DNA of 64,000 nucleotides. Origin: Terrimicrobiaceae bacterium (lineage in GTDB: Bacteria; Verrucomicrobiota; Verrucomicrobiia; Chthoniobacterales; Terrimicrobiaceae). The notes under the pieces were generated by a model that saw only the letters and a program-made list of their open reading frames with translations, had not been told where the DNA came from and searched no databases. Positions 54,935-64,000 of this stretch are shown here, one piece after another (within the stretch, counting starts at the first letter, position 1; each line of letters begins with the position of its first letter). A program made the position numbers and the translations under genes. The stretch is from the NCBI GenBank assembly GCA_044369905.1, contig JBILWM010000003.1:85-64084 (forward strand). The letters run 5' to 3'.

Positions 54935-56166
54935 TATTGGCCTCGACGGATGCGTGATCCGGGGAAGTTCACAATGAACCGCCAAACGATTTTCTCGCGG
55001 TTTTCTATTTCCCAGTTTTCTGGGTTCACCTTGCAAGGGACTTCGTAGCGGCGGATGTCGATGACGGTGTCGTAGCCGCGATCGGCAAAGATATCGATGA
55101 TCATGGCCAGCACGAGCGGGTCGGCGAGCAAGGAATTCTCGGAGTTGATGTGCGCCCGGCCGGACATGTTGTGCCGGCGGATGATGGGCATGAATTTTTC
55201 ATCGATGAGCGCAACGGACTGCTCGAAAAGATCGGGGTGCTCGGCGTTGTAGGAGTCCAACCGCATGACGAGCTCCTGCCTGGCGTGAATGCTCAACTCC
55301 CTTGCGATCGGGATGCGGGAAATCTTGTCGAAAGTGCTCTGATCCAGCTCCAGCGAGCTTTGATAGCGCAGTTCGTCCTGAATGCGGCGCTTCACATCGT
55401 CCACCGTGCCATGTGCGTTGACATAGTGGTAGTGGAAGACTTGGCGCAGGGTTTTCAGGGACTCGTAGGTGACTTCCTTGAAGGTGCGGTAACGGTTGCG
55501 TGCAGCCTCGTCGGACAAATCCGTAGCACGCGTTTCAACCATCTCCCCGACGCCGGAAGCCTCCACGGAGGCGTTGTGGGCGCGGGCGCGCTCGCCACGG
55601 AGAATCTGACGACGAACGGATTCCGCCTCGTCCACGAAGAGCACGACGATGTGGAACATCGGCTTGCGAAACTGCGAGGCGAGGGGCGTTCCGATATACT
55701 GGTGGCGCAGAGCATTGAGCTTCTCGTGAAGCAGGCGCAGGCAGAGGACCTGGACTTTCGTGCGCGGGTAGCCGTCCACCACCACGCCGGTTTGGTTTTC
55801 GGGATGCAGCAGCGCTCGCAGGAGGAGGCCGGTCACCTCGCGGTCGCCAACCATCATGCCCGCATCGATCAACTTGCGAGCCGCCGGGCTCTGGAGCAGG
55901 GAGCTCACCACGATCGGTTCAGCCGTGAGGCTGCGATAGTTCTGGATGAACCGGGTCTGAGTGCCCTTGCCGGCGCCGGGAGCGCCATTCAGCCAGATGA
56001 CCTCATTGGGAAATTTGAGTCCTTCGATGCCGACTTCATCGACCAGATCCTGCCAAGCGGCATTGAAGATGAGGTTGGCGTCCTTGACTTCGAGGTCGAT
56101 CGCTTGGGGATTCGAGGCTTTGGAGTGCTGCGTGGGAGGAGCGGAATCTTGAGAGGTTTTCATCAA
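54934..56166 (-). CDS. long adenylate-kinase-family protein with uncharacterised 180-aa C-terminal extension
   Basis: ADK P-loop GAPGAGKGTQ and VVDGYPRT; 410 aa versus about 190-220 for canonical Adk. Confidence 0.7.
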   Translation of the reverse strand: MMKTSQDSAPPTQHSKASNPQAIDLEVKDANLIFNAAWQDLVDEVGIEGLKFPNEVIWLNGAPGAGKGTQTRFIQNYRSLTAEPIVVSSLLQSPAARKLIDAGMMVGDREVTGLLLRALLHPENQTGVVVDGYPRTKVQVLCLRLLHEKLNALRHQYIGTPLASQFRKPMFHIVVLFVDEAESVRRQILRGERARAHNASVEASGVGEMVETRATDLSDEAARNRYRTFKEVTYESLKTLRQVFHYHYVNAHGTVDDVKRRIQDELRYQSSLELDQSTFDKISRIPIARELSIHARQELVMRLDSYNAEHPDLFEQSVALIDEKFMPIIRRHNMSGRAHINSENSLLADPLVLAMIIDIFADRGYDTVIDIRRYEVPCKVNPENWEIENREKIVWRFIVNFPGSRIRRGQ

Positions 56167-56212
56167 AAGTTGTTTCGATGCTGGCAGATGTTCTCTCCAA
56201 ACTCAACGCCTT

Positions 56213-58540
56213 TCACCCGATAAGCTGGCTGGCATCCTCGATGGTTAGGCCTGTAACGGACTCCGGATCGAGTAGTTCCATGCTGAGGGTCTTCTTTTTC
56301 GCCTGCATTTCCAGCACGCGATCCTCCACCGTGTCGCGGGCGATGAGTTTGATCGAAGTGACGACATTTTTTTGCCCGATGCGGTGGGCGCGGTCCGTGG
56401 CCTGGGCCTCCACCGAGGGATTCCACCAGGGGTCGAAATGAATGACGGTGTCCGCGCCGGTGAGGTTGAGGCCTGAACCTCCGGCTTTGAGGCTGATGAG
56501 AAAAACGGAGATCGACGGGTCGGATTGGAAGCGCTCCACCACAGCCCCGCGATCTTTTGTGGAACCATCCAGCCTGCACCAGGAAATGCCAGCCTCGTCC
56601 AATGCCGGCGCAATCAGGTCGAGCATCGAAGTGAATTGGCTGAAGACGAGTGTGCGGTGGCCTCCATCCACCGCCTCGCCGAGGAGCTCCAGCATGGCTT
56701 CGAGTTTCGCCGAGGGCGCGTTGGATTCGCCGTTCAGCAGGCGAAGGTCGCAGCACGCCTGACGCAGACGCAGGAGGGCGGTGAGAACCTTCATGCGGGC
56801 GGCTCCGCCGGACTCGCGCGCGGCATCGACCTCGGCGCGCGCGGCAATCTGGAGTTGCGTGTAGGCGGCTTTTTGGTCTGGCGTAAGCTCCACCTGCACG
56901 ACTTGTTCGATCTTCGGAGGCAGTTCCTTGAGGATTTCCGATTTCGTGCGGCGAAGCATCCATGGCCTCACGCGCCGAAGCAGTCGTGGCCAAACGCCGG
57001 CGGATTCCCCGGCGGCGAGTGGTTTTTCGTAGCGTTCCTGGAAATCTTTCCGCGTGCCGAGATAGCCGGGCAGAAGAAAGTCGAAGAGCGACCAGAGGTC
57101 GCGGATCGAGTTCTCAAGCGGTGTTCCGGTGAGGATGAACCGGGCTTTGGAGCGGATGGCACACGCTGCCCGGGCGTTCTGGCTGTCGGGATTTTTGATG
57201 TGCTGGGCCTCGTCGAGTGTCGTTGTGGAAAATGCCAGCTCTTTGTAGTGCTCGGCATCCCGGCGCAGCAGGGCGTAGCTGGTAATGACCAGATCATGGT
57301 CTGAAATTTTTGCGAGTTGCCCCGCGCGTTCTGAACCCTCGATGGTCAAGACGCGCAATTGCGGACAGAACGCCGCTGCCTCGCGGCTCCAATTCCAGAC
57401 CAGCGAGGAGGGGCACACTACGAGGTGCGGACCGGGGAGGGACTCCATCATCGCCAGCGCTTGAATGGTTTTTCCAAGCCCCATCTCGTCCGCAAGGAGG
57501 CCTGCCGCGCCTTGGCGGGCATTTTTTAAAAGCCAGAGAGCCCCTTCCACCTGATAAGGCCGCAGGCGTTCGCGAAGGGGGCCGAGCGCACCCGCATTGA
57601 GGTCGGCAGCGGGTGCGGGCGTTTGCCCCGTCCAATCGGCAATACTCGATTCGATGTAGCCGCGTTGCGATTGCCGAAGCTTGTAGGCACCGCGCTCTTG
57701 CGAGGGATCGCAGTCCCTGAGGACTTCCTCCAAATCGCTCGCGAGCTCGGCGTCCGGCACGGCCAGGCGTCCATCGGACAGCCGAAGCTGGGGCTTTCCA
57801 CTTTGCAGAAGGCGCTGCAGATCTTGGGCGCTGAGAACAGCCTCCTTGCCTGCGGTGAAGTGGATATGGAAATCCAGCCAGCCATCACTCCGCTCCTTCA
57901 GCGCGAAGCGTGGCTCGAAGCGGACGATATCCTTGGTGACATGTTGAAAACGCTCGCCTTCCCTGATGCTCCATTCCTTTTTGAGTCGGGGGAGATCGGT
58001 GGCGAAAAAATTGACGACGGCATCCTCGCCGCGCAGGACGGCTTTTCCCTTGTCGTTTTCAAATCCACACCCCACGAGCTTCGCCAGTGCGGCGGCTTCG
58101 GCCATGGGATTTTGAACTCCCTCTTGCGAGTAATGAAACGAAATCGCCCCTTCGAGATGGCGCAGCGAGCCTTCGATGGCGAACTCCACGCGCGGCCACT
58201 CGGCTGTCGCCGCTTTTGGCGCCGAGGTCTTCACGATCGCGGGGGATTGTGCCGCACGCTTCGGAGCTGGGGCGATGATTTCGAGCGCGGTGGCGATGGC
58301 ATGGGCACAGATCACTCCGCGCTGTCGCGAATCCCGGCACGGACAGAGATTTTCGACATCCACCGGATTCTTGATTTTCAGCCCTGTCGAAAATTCCTTT
58401 CCTCCCTCGCTGATTCGCCCCTTCAGCACGGGAGGCTCGTAGCTGGCTTCGCTAATTCGTCCCGCGTCGCGGATGGCTTTTGCCTCTTTGAAGACCGGCC
58501 AACCACCGAGCGAGACGAGGAATTTTTCTGTGATTTCCAT
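56213..58540 (-). CDS. SNF2-family helicase with N-terminal SWIM zinc finger
   Basis: SWIM is CPCRDSRQRGVICAHAIA. SNF2 motifs are LADEMGLGKTIQ and LDEAQHIKN, with helicase-C QATDRAHRIGQ. Start trimmed to ATG 58540. Confidence 0.9.
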   Translation of the reverse strand: MEITEKFLVSLGGWPVFKEAKAIRDAGRISEASYEPPVLKGRISEGGKEFSTGLKIKNPVDVENLCPCRDSRQRGVICAHAIATALEIIAPAPKRAAQSPAIVKTSAPKAATAEWPRVEFAIEGSLRHLEGAISFHYSQEGVQNPMAEAAALAKLVGCGFENDKGKAVLRGEDAVVNFFATDLPRLKKEWSIREGERFQHVTKDIVRFEPRFALKERSDGWLDFHIHFTAGKEAVLSAQDLQRLLQSGKPQLRLSDGRLAVPDAELASDLEEVLRDCDPSQERGAYKLRQSQRGYIESSIADWTGQTPAPAADLNAGALGPLRERLRPYQVEGALWLLKNARQGAAGLLADEMGLGKTIQALAMMESLPGPHLVVCPSSLVWNWSREAAAFCPQLRVLTIEGSERAGQLAKISDHDLVITSYALLRRDAEHYKELAFSTTTLDEAQHIKNPDSQNARAACAIRSKARFILTGTPLENSIRDLWSLFDFLLPGYLGTRKDFQERYEKPLAAGESAGVWPRLLRRVRPWMLRRTKSEILKELPPKIEQVVQVELTPDQKAAYTQLQIAARAEVDAARESGGAARMKVLTALLRLRQACCDLRLLNGESNAPSAKLEAMLELLGEAVDGGHRTLVFSQFTSMLDLIAPALDEAGISWCRLDGSTKDRGAVVERFQSDPSISVFLISLKAGGSGLNLTGADTVIHFDPWWNPSVEAQATDRAHRIGQKNVVTSIKLIARDTVEDRVLEMQAKKKTLSMELLDPESVTGLTIEDASQLIG

Positions 58541-58631
58541 GTGAGGCGAGGGGCATGGTGATAGCCCGCTGCCTGTCTTCATGAAATGAGAAACTCCTCA
58601 TCCTTGACACCTCGCACGCCCAAGGTTCTAC

Positions 58632-58886
58632 ATGGAAAAAATGAAACCCGCCCTCGTTGCCGCCTCACTGGCCCTTCCGCTTCTCGCCTCCTGCACCACC
58701 CTTCAAAACCGCAGGGATCTTTACTCGCCCCAGCCGGTCAATGGTCCCTACACCCGCATGCTGAAAGACGGAAGTTGGCGCAAACAGAAACCGGCGCCAG
58801 TCAAAGTGGCTCCCGAATCCTCTGCGGACGGCTCCGCTTCCCATGATTCCAAGGAAGTGAAACCACCCGTCGGCGGGGATATCTAA
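58632..58886 (+). CDS. small lipoprotein
   Basis: Lipobox LPLLASC. Confidence 0.55.
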   Translation: MEKMKPALVAASLALPLLASCTTLQNRRDLYSPQPVNGPYTRMLKDGSWRKQKPAPVKVAPESSADGSASHDSKEVKPPVGGDI

Positions 58887-59533
58887 GGGGTCATTTCGGT
58901 GGATGCGGCGGGCGAGGGATCTGCTTTGGGCGGTTTGATTTTATCCAAAACATCCGCCAGCGAGGGATCCGCAGTGAGCATGGCTTCGCGCATGGTTTTG
59001 TGGAAATTCTTGGCGGCCTCGCGTCGTTCCTCAGGCGTTTGAGCTGATTTCATGGCTGCCTCTGCCGATTGAACGGCTGGTGCCTGCTTGGCGATTTCCC
59101 GGGCGGCTTGGAGACGATCGCGTTCGGCCGGCGGGAGCTTCTGGATCGCACTCTCCATTGCTCCGGCGGGTCGTTGTTTTTTTTCCTTGGCCCCGGACTC
59201 TTTTTCCTTCGACTTCACAAAATCGCCGAGTTTTGCGGCGAGTTCCGGGTTTTTGGTCGCGATCACCTCACGCATGGCTTCCCTCAATTTCTTCGAAGCG
59301 GCCTCGGCCTCATCGCGAAGGGCTTGGATTTTAGGATCCTTCATGGCCTCCTCCCGCGCTTCCTTGAACTGGTTCCGCACCTCCTCGGGAAGACTTTCGA
59401 TGAACTCCCGCTGCTTCCTCCACTCGCCGGCTCCCTGCTTTTGAGGGTCAGGCGAGGCGGCGGGTTGTTGGGCTGTGGCAAGGAGTGTAGATCCGCAGAA
59501 GGCTGCGAGGGCAAGGAGTGTGATGGGTTTCAT
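58883..59533 (-). CDS. secreted helical repeat protein (periplasmic, Spy/CpxP-like composition)
   Basis: Signal peptide LLALAAFCGSTLLATA. The rest is a charged helical repeat sequence. It lies adjacent to the two-component system. Confidence 0.55.
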   Translation of the reverse strand: MKPITLLALAAFCGSTLLATAQQPAASPDPQKQGAGEWRKQREFIESLPEEVRNQFKEAREEAMKDPKIQALRDEAEAASKKLREAMREVIATKNPELAAKLGDFVKSKEKESGAKEKKQRPAGAMESAIQKLPPAERDRLQAAREIAKQAPAVQSAEAAMKSAQTPEERREAAKNFHKTMREAMLTADPSLADVLDKIKPPKADPSPAASTEMTP

Positions 59534-59578
59534 ATGTCAAAACTACAAACCCGGAGGGATTCGAAAAGTTGCGGACTT

Positions 59579-60886
59579 TTATTTCGCGGATGCGATTTCG
59601 TTTTGAGTCACTGGCAGGCGAATGATGAATGTCGCTCCCTCGCCTGGGGTGCTGCGGAGGGAGATTTGTCCACCATGTGCGAGGACGATGTTTTTCACAA
59701 TCGAGAGGCCGAGTCCGGTGCCTCCGGCATCCCGCGCCCGGTGTTTGTGCACGCGGTAGAATCGTTCAAAAATATGGGCCTGATCCTCGAGGGGGATGCC
59801 GACGCCGTTGTCGGAAATCAAAACCTCCACCCACTCCCCGGCAAGGTTGGCGCTTATGCGAATCCGGGGCGAATTGGATTCCCCGTGGCGAATCGCGTTG
59901 TTCAGAAGATTCCAATAAACCTGCTCGAGCCTGTTTTCATCCGCATCCGCGAAGGCGGCGTCCTTCTCCCAGTTTAATTCGAACACGGCCTGTCGAGCCG
60001 TTCCACTGGTGTCCAGGTTTTCGATGACCCGCTGCGCGAGCTTGTGGAGGTTCACGCGCGAAAATTCCAAGCGCCTCCCTTTGCCCTCCATGCTGGAAAT
60101 CGTAAGCAGGTCCTCCAGAAGCAGGAAAAGCCTTTGCACATTGCGATGGATGGCCTGCAGTGAGGTGGCTGTCATTTCCGGATCCTCGATGGCGCCATCC
60201 TGCAGCGTTTCGACATAGCCGTTGATGACGGACAGGGGCGTGCGGAATTCGTGCGAAACATTGGCCACGAAATCCCTGCGAGCCGCTTCTAGTGTCCGGA
60301 TGGCGGTCACATCCTGAAACACCAGCAACACAGCCTGCGGAAGCTGGTCGGAATCCCTCGACATGGGGGAGATGTGAATGTCGAAATGCCTTTGTTGGAC
60401 CGGACCCGTCGCCGAGGGGAATTCAAAAACCAGCGCCAGGTCCTCCTTGCCACTGTTCGAGAGGGTCGCTGTGACCGCCTGTTCGATTTCATGTCGTCGG
60501 AAGACCTCAAGCACGGAGCGCCCCACATGGGATTTGGCAGCGGGGAAGAACTCCTGGAGGGATTCATTGACGAGCGTGATTCGTTTTTCCCGGTTGGCGA
60601 TCACGATGCCTTCTTTCATGCCGGAGAGGATGCCTCGCAGGCTGAGTCCACCTTCCACCATTTGCTCGTCAAGTTGGCGGAGCCGCTCGGCAATTTTCCG
60701 GATGTGTTGAGCCGTGGCTTGGTAGGTCGAGGGCTCGGAGTCGAGGACTGGGAGCTGGAAGTTCCCGCCTGACAGTTGCCGGATGTCCTCGCGGATGCGG
60801 TTCAGCGGGCGGATGAACCGATGGTGGATCAACCAAACCGCGACACCCACTGCGGCCAGAATCAGGAAAATGCCAGTCGCGCTCAA
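59579..60886 (-). CDS. sensor histidine kinase (PhoR-like: TM-HAMP-PAS-HisKA-HATPase)
   Basis: H-box VSHEFRTPL, N-box LLNNAIRHG, G-boxes DNGVGIP and GGTGLGLSI. Confidence 0.9.
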   Translation of the reverse strand: MSATGIFLILAAVGVAVWLIHHRFIRPLNRIREDIRQLSGGNFQLPVLDSEPSTYQATAQHIRKIAERLRQLDEQMVEGGLSLRGILSGMKEGIVIANREKRITLVNESLQEFFPAAKSHVGRSVLEVFRRHEIEQAVTATLSNSGKEDLALVFEFPSATGPVQQRHFDIHISPMSRDSDQLPQAVLLVFQDVTAIRTLEAARRDFVANVSHEFRTPLSVINGYVETLQDGAIEDPEMTATSLQAIHRNVQRLFLLLEDLLTISSMEGKGRRLEFSRVNLHKLAQRVIENLDTSGTARQAVFELNWEKDAAFADADENRLEQVYWNLLNNAIRHGESNSPRIRISANLAGEWVEVLISDNGVGIPLEDQAHIFERFYRVHKHRARDAGGTGLGLSIVKNIVLAHGGQISLRSTPGEGATFIIRLPVTQNEIASAK

Positions 60887-61575
60887 GCTGCGGAATCCGT
60901 ATTGAAGCGGTAGCCTTGCCCCCTGATGGTTTCCAACTTGCCTGCATGGTCACCGAGTTTTTCGCGAAGGCGCCGCATATGTGTATCTACCGTGCGGGTG
61001 TCCGCTCCGGTCGAATACCCCCAGACATCGCTCAGAAGACTCTCGCGGGAGAGAATCCTGCAGCGATTGGTGACGAGGTTGAGCAGGAGCTTGAACTCGA
61101 TCGTGGTGAGATCCAGTCTTTGATCGTTCAGCGAGGCCCGCAGGGCGGTCTTGTCGATCGAAATACCGTCCACATCAAGCACATTGACCTCTTCGGCGGC
61201 GCTGCGGATGCGGCGCAGGAGGCCTTGCACGCGCAGAACGATCTCTTTCGGACTGAATGGCTTGGTGACATAGTCGTCAGCGCCGATTTCTAAACCCTTC
61301 ACGCGGTCTTTCACCTCGCTGCGGGCTGTGAGCATGAGCACCGGAACCGTCGCGGTTTCGGCATCGGCCTTCAAGGCCCGGCACACTTCCAACCCGGTCA
61401 TGCCCGGAAGCATGAGGTCCAGCACGACTGCATCGGGTCTTTTGGAGCGGACAGCCGCAAGTCCCGCATCCCCCGAATTCGTGATCTCCACTTTGAATCC
61501 GGCCTTTTTGAAATGGTAACGCAACAAGTCCACCACATCGCTTTCGTCCTCGACCAACAGCACGGTGTCATCCAT
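60883..61575 (-). CDS. OmpR/PhoB-family response regulator
   Basis: VLLVEDESD, VVLDLMLPGMTG, KPF, and a winged-helix C-terminal domain VDTHMRRLREKL...IRGQGYRF. Overlaps the kinase gene by 4 nt. Confidence 0.92.
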   Translation of the reverse strand: MDDTVLLVEDESDVVDLLRYHFKKAGFKVEITNSGDAGLAAVRSKRPDAVVLDLMLPGMTGLEVCRALKADAETATVPVLMLTARSEVKDRVKGLEIGADDYVTKPFSPKEIVLRVQGLLRRIRSAAEEVNVLDVDGISIDKTALRASLNDQRLDLTTIEFKLLLNLVTNRCRILSRESLLSDVWGYSTGADTRTVDTHMRRLREKLGDHAGKLETIRGQGYRFNTDSAA

Positions 61576-61621
61576 TGCGCCTCCATAGCCAAGTGTCCAA
61601 CGCCCTGCAAGGGGACAAATG

Positions 61622-61691
61622 CAACAAAAAGATCAGGTCACCGCTTGGTGGTTCAGAAAAAACAATTAAAAACTGAACCGCGGTGACCTGA
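61622..61691 (-). terminator. rho-independent terminator downstream of xth
   Basis: Inverted repeat TCAGGTCACCGC(TTGGT)GGTTCAG ... CTGAACCGCGGTGACCTGA (61633-61691). On the minus strand it is followed by TCTTTTTGTTGC. Confidence 0.6.
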
Positions 61692-61759
61692 GTTGTTGTC
61701 TCAACTGATAATTTAGACCTGCCCCCCATCGCGGTGTTCAAAGTTTTTTCAAAAAATTT

Positions 61760-62515
61760 TCAATCCTCCAAAACCAGCCCCACCGGACAGTGGTCGCTGC
61801 CGGGGATGTGGTCGTGGATGAATGCGGATTTCAGGGATGGCGTGAGTTTGGCCGAGGCGCAGAAGTAATCGATGCGCCAGCCGATATTCCTCTCTCTCGC
61901 CCCATTCTGGTAGCTCCACCAGGTGTAGCGTCCACCGCCCGGCTCGAAATGGCGGAAGGTGTCCACATACCCCGCCGCCAGCGTGCGGTCGAAGGCCTCT
62001 CGCTCTTCGATCGTGAATCCAGCGTTTTGCGTGTTGTCCTTAGGACGCGCCAAGTCGATCTCGCGGTGGGCCACATTCATGTCGCCGCAAAAGATGACGG
62101 GTTTGGTTTTTTCGAGTGCGTTGAGGTGGTCGATGAATGCGGGAGTCCATTCTCTCGTGCGGTAGTCCAGTCGAGTCAGCTCACGCTTGGAATTGGGCGT
62201 GTAAACATTCACCAGGAAAAAATTCCCCATGTCGGCGCTGATGACGCGCCCTTCCTTGTCATGTTCCTCACGGCCTATGCCGTTGATGACGCTCTGGGGC
62301 TTCTTGCGGGTGAGGATTGCCGTGCCGGAGTAGCCGGGTTTGATGGCGGCATTCCAGAGGACCTCGTATCCATCGAATGTCTGCGGCACCTGTTCCTCAC
62401 GGGCTTTGACTTCCTGGAGGCAGATTACATCAGGCTTTTCGGCCTCGAGGTAATCCATGAACCCCTTGCCGAGGATCGAGCGGATGCCGTTCACATTCCA
62501 TGAGATCAATTTCAT
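61760..62515 (-). CDS. xth: exodeoxyribonuclease III
   Basis: MKLISWNVNGIRS, DVICLQEVK and the C-terminal GSDHCPV. Confidence 0.92.
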   Translation of the reverse strand: MKLISWNVNGIRSILGKGFMDYLEAEKPDVICLQEVKAREEQVPQTFDGYEVLWNAAIKPGYSGTAILTRKKPQSVINGIGREEHDKEGRVISADMGNFFLVNVYTPNSKRELTRLDYRTREWTPAFIDHLNALEKTKPVIFCGDMNVAHREIDLARPKDNTQNAGFTIEEREAFDRTLAAGYVDTFRHFEPGGGRYTWWSYQNGARERNIGWRIDYFCASAKLTPSLKSAFIHDHIPGSDHCPVGLVLED

Positions 62516-62571
62516 CGGTCAAGAGAAACATTCCGCAGGGTCGATCCGCGAGAGCGAAATGGCATACGGGT

Positions 62572-63420
62572 TCAGTTTGTTCCTTTTGCCCGCTTCAGCG
62601 AGCGGGCGTGATGGAATAGGTATTGTTGGACATAGCCTGCGTAGGGGCCGAGGCGCCGCCGCGCATACAGGGCGAGTTCACGCGCAGTCCCGTCGCGCCC
62701 TCCGCGCATCGCGAGCAGGATGCGGTGGATCCATGTGTCGATCGGCACAGCGTCGAGGCGCTCGTAAGCGAAGAGCAGAATGCAATTCGCCACCTTCACG
62801 CCAACGCCGGGCAGTGTTGTGAGGGATTTGCGCAGCGCCGGTGTTTTTTGTTTGGCGATCGCATCGAGGCTCAGCCTGCCTTCCGCGAGGATGCGGGCCG
62901 TTTGAAGCAAATTCGCGGCCCGGTAGCCCAGTCCGCAATCACGGAGGATGGATTCCGTTGACCCCGCCATTTTCTCGAACGAGGGATAGGCCTGTATTTT
63001 TGAGCCTTCCACGGGTGTGCCGAGTCTTTCCCGTATGGCCAGCGACATGGAGCGGATGTGGGTGACCTGCTTCATCGAACTCGTGATAAATGTCGCCGTG
63101 CACTCCCACTGTGGCTGGCGGAGGATGCGCATTCCCTCGCAAGCGGAGAGGGCCGCTTGGCTCATCGGATCACTCGGAAATGCGGCGGCGATTTGTTCCA
63201 GCGGGTGATCCAACGCAAAGTGCCGCGCAATCGTTCCGGGGTCACCTTCATGCACAACAAGACGCCGGTTTTTTTCTGAAACCCGCACCGGCATGGCTCC
63301 AATGAGTCCGCTCCAGGAGGCGTCCGCATTTTGGTTCCAGTGGAAGACCTGCCCGCTCTGCAGGGTCGCAGCGAGGTCGATCCGGGCCGAGAAGAGATCG
63401 CTCACGCCTCCTCCAGCCAA
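62572..63420 (-). CDS. ogg: 8-oxoguanine DNA glycosylase / HhH-GPD family
   Basis: HhH-GPD motif LTTLPGVGVKVANCILLFAY...VPIDTWIHRI with the OGG-type Lys in GVKVANC. Confidence 0.8.
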   Translation of the reverse strand: MAGGGVSDLFSARIDLAATLQSGQVFHWNQNADASWSGLIGAMPVRVSEKNRRLVVHEGDPGTIARHFALDHPLEQIAAAFPSDPMSQAALSACEGMRILRQPQWECTATFITSSMKQVTHIRSMSLAIRERLGTPVEGSKIQAYPSFEKMAGSTESILRDCGLGYRAANLLQTARILAEGRLSLDAIAKQKTPALRKSLTTLPGVGVKVANCILLFAYERLDAVPIDTWIHRILLAMRGGRDGTARELALYARRRLGPYAGYVQQYLFHHARSLKRAKGTN

Positions 63421-63644
63421 GCCAGCGCCTTCATATAGCTCTGTCGCTCCAAATAGTGGCGGAGATTCGGATCGGTATCCGGCGGCAGGCTGCCAACCAA
63501 CCCTTCCAGCGTGGCCGCCGCAGACTTCAACGCCTCCAAATGCGCCCCTGCATCGCGGTCGCGGAAGGCGTGGTCGGCCACGATGTCCAGGCGGGCTTTG
63601 ACAGCGGCATGAAGTGTCTTGTGAAGGGTGGCGTGGTCGCTCAT
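63402..63644 (-). CDS. small hypothetical protein
   Basis: 80-aa helical ORF (MSDHATLHKTLHAAVKARLD...) overlapping the ogg start by 19 nt. No motif recognised. Confidence 0.4.
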   Translation of the reverse strand: MSDHATLHKTLHAAVKARLDIVADHAFRDRDAGAHLEALKSAAATLEGLVGSLPPDTDPNLRHYLERQSYMKALAWLEEA

Positions 63645-63724
63645 GGCCACTATCTCATAGGGAATTTGCCGTCCTGCCACAAGCCGCCGAGTTCCTCCTT
63701 CCCATGCCGTGATTCGTTACCATA

Positions 63725-64000
63725 ATGACACGCAAAATTCCCATGATCTCAAACTTGCTCAGCGCGCTCGGAGGCTCCACAGACAGCATCGTCGCATCGT
63801 TCCTCAAACCCGAATTGGAAAAACACCTCGCCGGAATCGGCACGGTGCAAAAAATCGAACTCGACACCCCGAACAAGCGCGCCTCCGTGACCCTCGCCAT
63901 GCAAGGCGACCCCAATCCGGTCAAAATCCAGATCGACCGCTACTCCCTCGCTCCATCCGCCGCAGGCTCCTTCCTCACGATCCACGATTACTCCTGCCCA
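63725..64000 (+). CDS. hypothetical protein, N-terminal part only (runs off right edge)
   Basis: ATG 63725 opens a stop-free frame to the window end (MTRKIPMISNLLSALGGSTDSIVASFLKPELEKHLAGIG...). It is not in the ORF track because no stop is reached. Confidence 0.4.
   Translation, partial: MTRKIPMISNLLSALGGSTDSIVASFLKPELEKHLAGIGTVQKIELDTPNKRASVTLAMQGDPNPVKIQIDRYSLAPSAAGSFLTIHDYSCP

Noticed and set aside
55150-56223. 357-aa plus-strand ORF
   Set aside because: Antisense shadow of the adenylate-kinase-like gene.

Overview
This 64 kb window is G+C-rich bacterial chromosome. By inference it comes from the PVC superphylum, most likely Verrucomicrobiota. The pointers are a roughly 630-aa long-form GreA, a PPi-dependent phosphofructokinase, a kinase-like/FGE-sulfatase fusion and large TPR membrane proteins.

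Most of the window is densely packed core metabolism and housekeeping:
- infC, avtA, an aldehyde dehydrogenase, and hom-thrC-aspartate kinase next to tRNA-Thr
- ribE, comM, greA, kpsF, pfp, a PhoR/PhoB-like two-component pair, and xth-ogg

The clear accessory region is a roughly 9 kb island at about 36.6-45.6 kb. It looks lower in G+C by eye and is bracketed by a 12-bp direct repeat. It carries one tightly packed minus-strand operon, hsdM - KilA-N - RhuM - hsdS - PrrC-like ABC-ATPase/anticodon-nuclease candidate - hsdR. This is a Type I R-M system with three embedded passenger genes. hsdS contains a perfect 4 x 12-bp tandem repeat (TELT x4) in its central spacer helix.

The island appears to have split a chemotaxis-like operon (CheX-like, receiver-receiver-STAS, CheY-like). 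The CheY-like gene downstream of it is now a pseudogene with frameshifts and two in-frame stops.

Other loci worth a second look:
- an ECF-sigma / small acidic protein / GAF / signal-peptide-less S8 protease operon
- a degenerate-receiver / pseudokinase / FGE-domain protein with a (GCGGGT)14 microsatellite
- a ketosynthase homologue with Cys-to-Ser at the nucleophile, divergent from a membrane-thioesterase fusion
- a SNF2/SWIM helicase - long adenylate-kinase-like protein - GluR0-type ligand-gated K+ channel operon
- a 28-bp perfect palindrome in a divergent promoter
- a ParDE-type toxin-antitoxin pair
- the non-canonical ATT start of infC

No rRNA, CRISPR array, transposase or integrase was seen. 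Many long ORFs in the track are antisense shadow ORFs typical of high-GC DNA and were rejected. All functional calls rest on motif recognition by eye, not on database searches.
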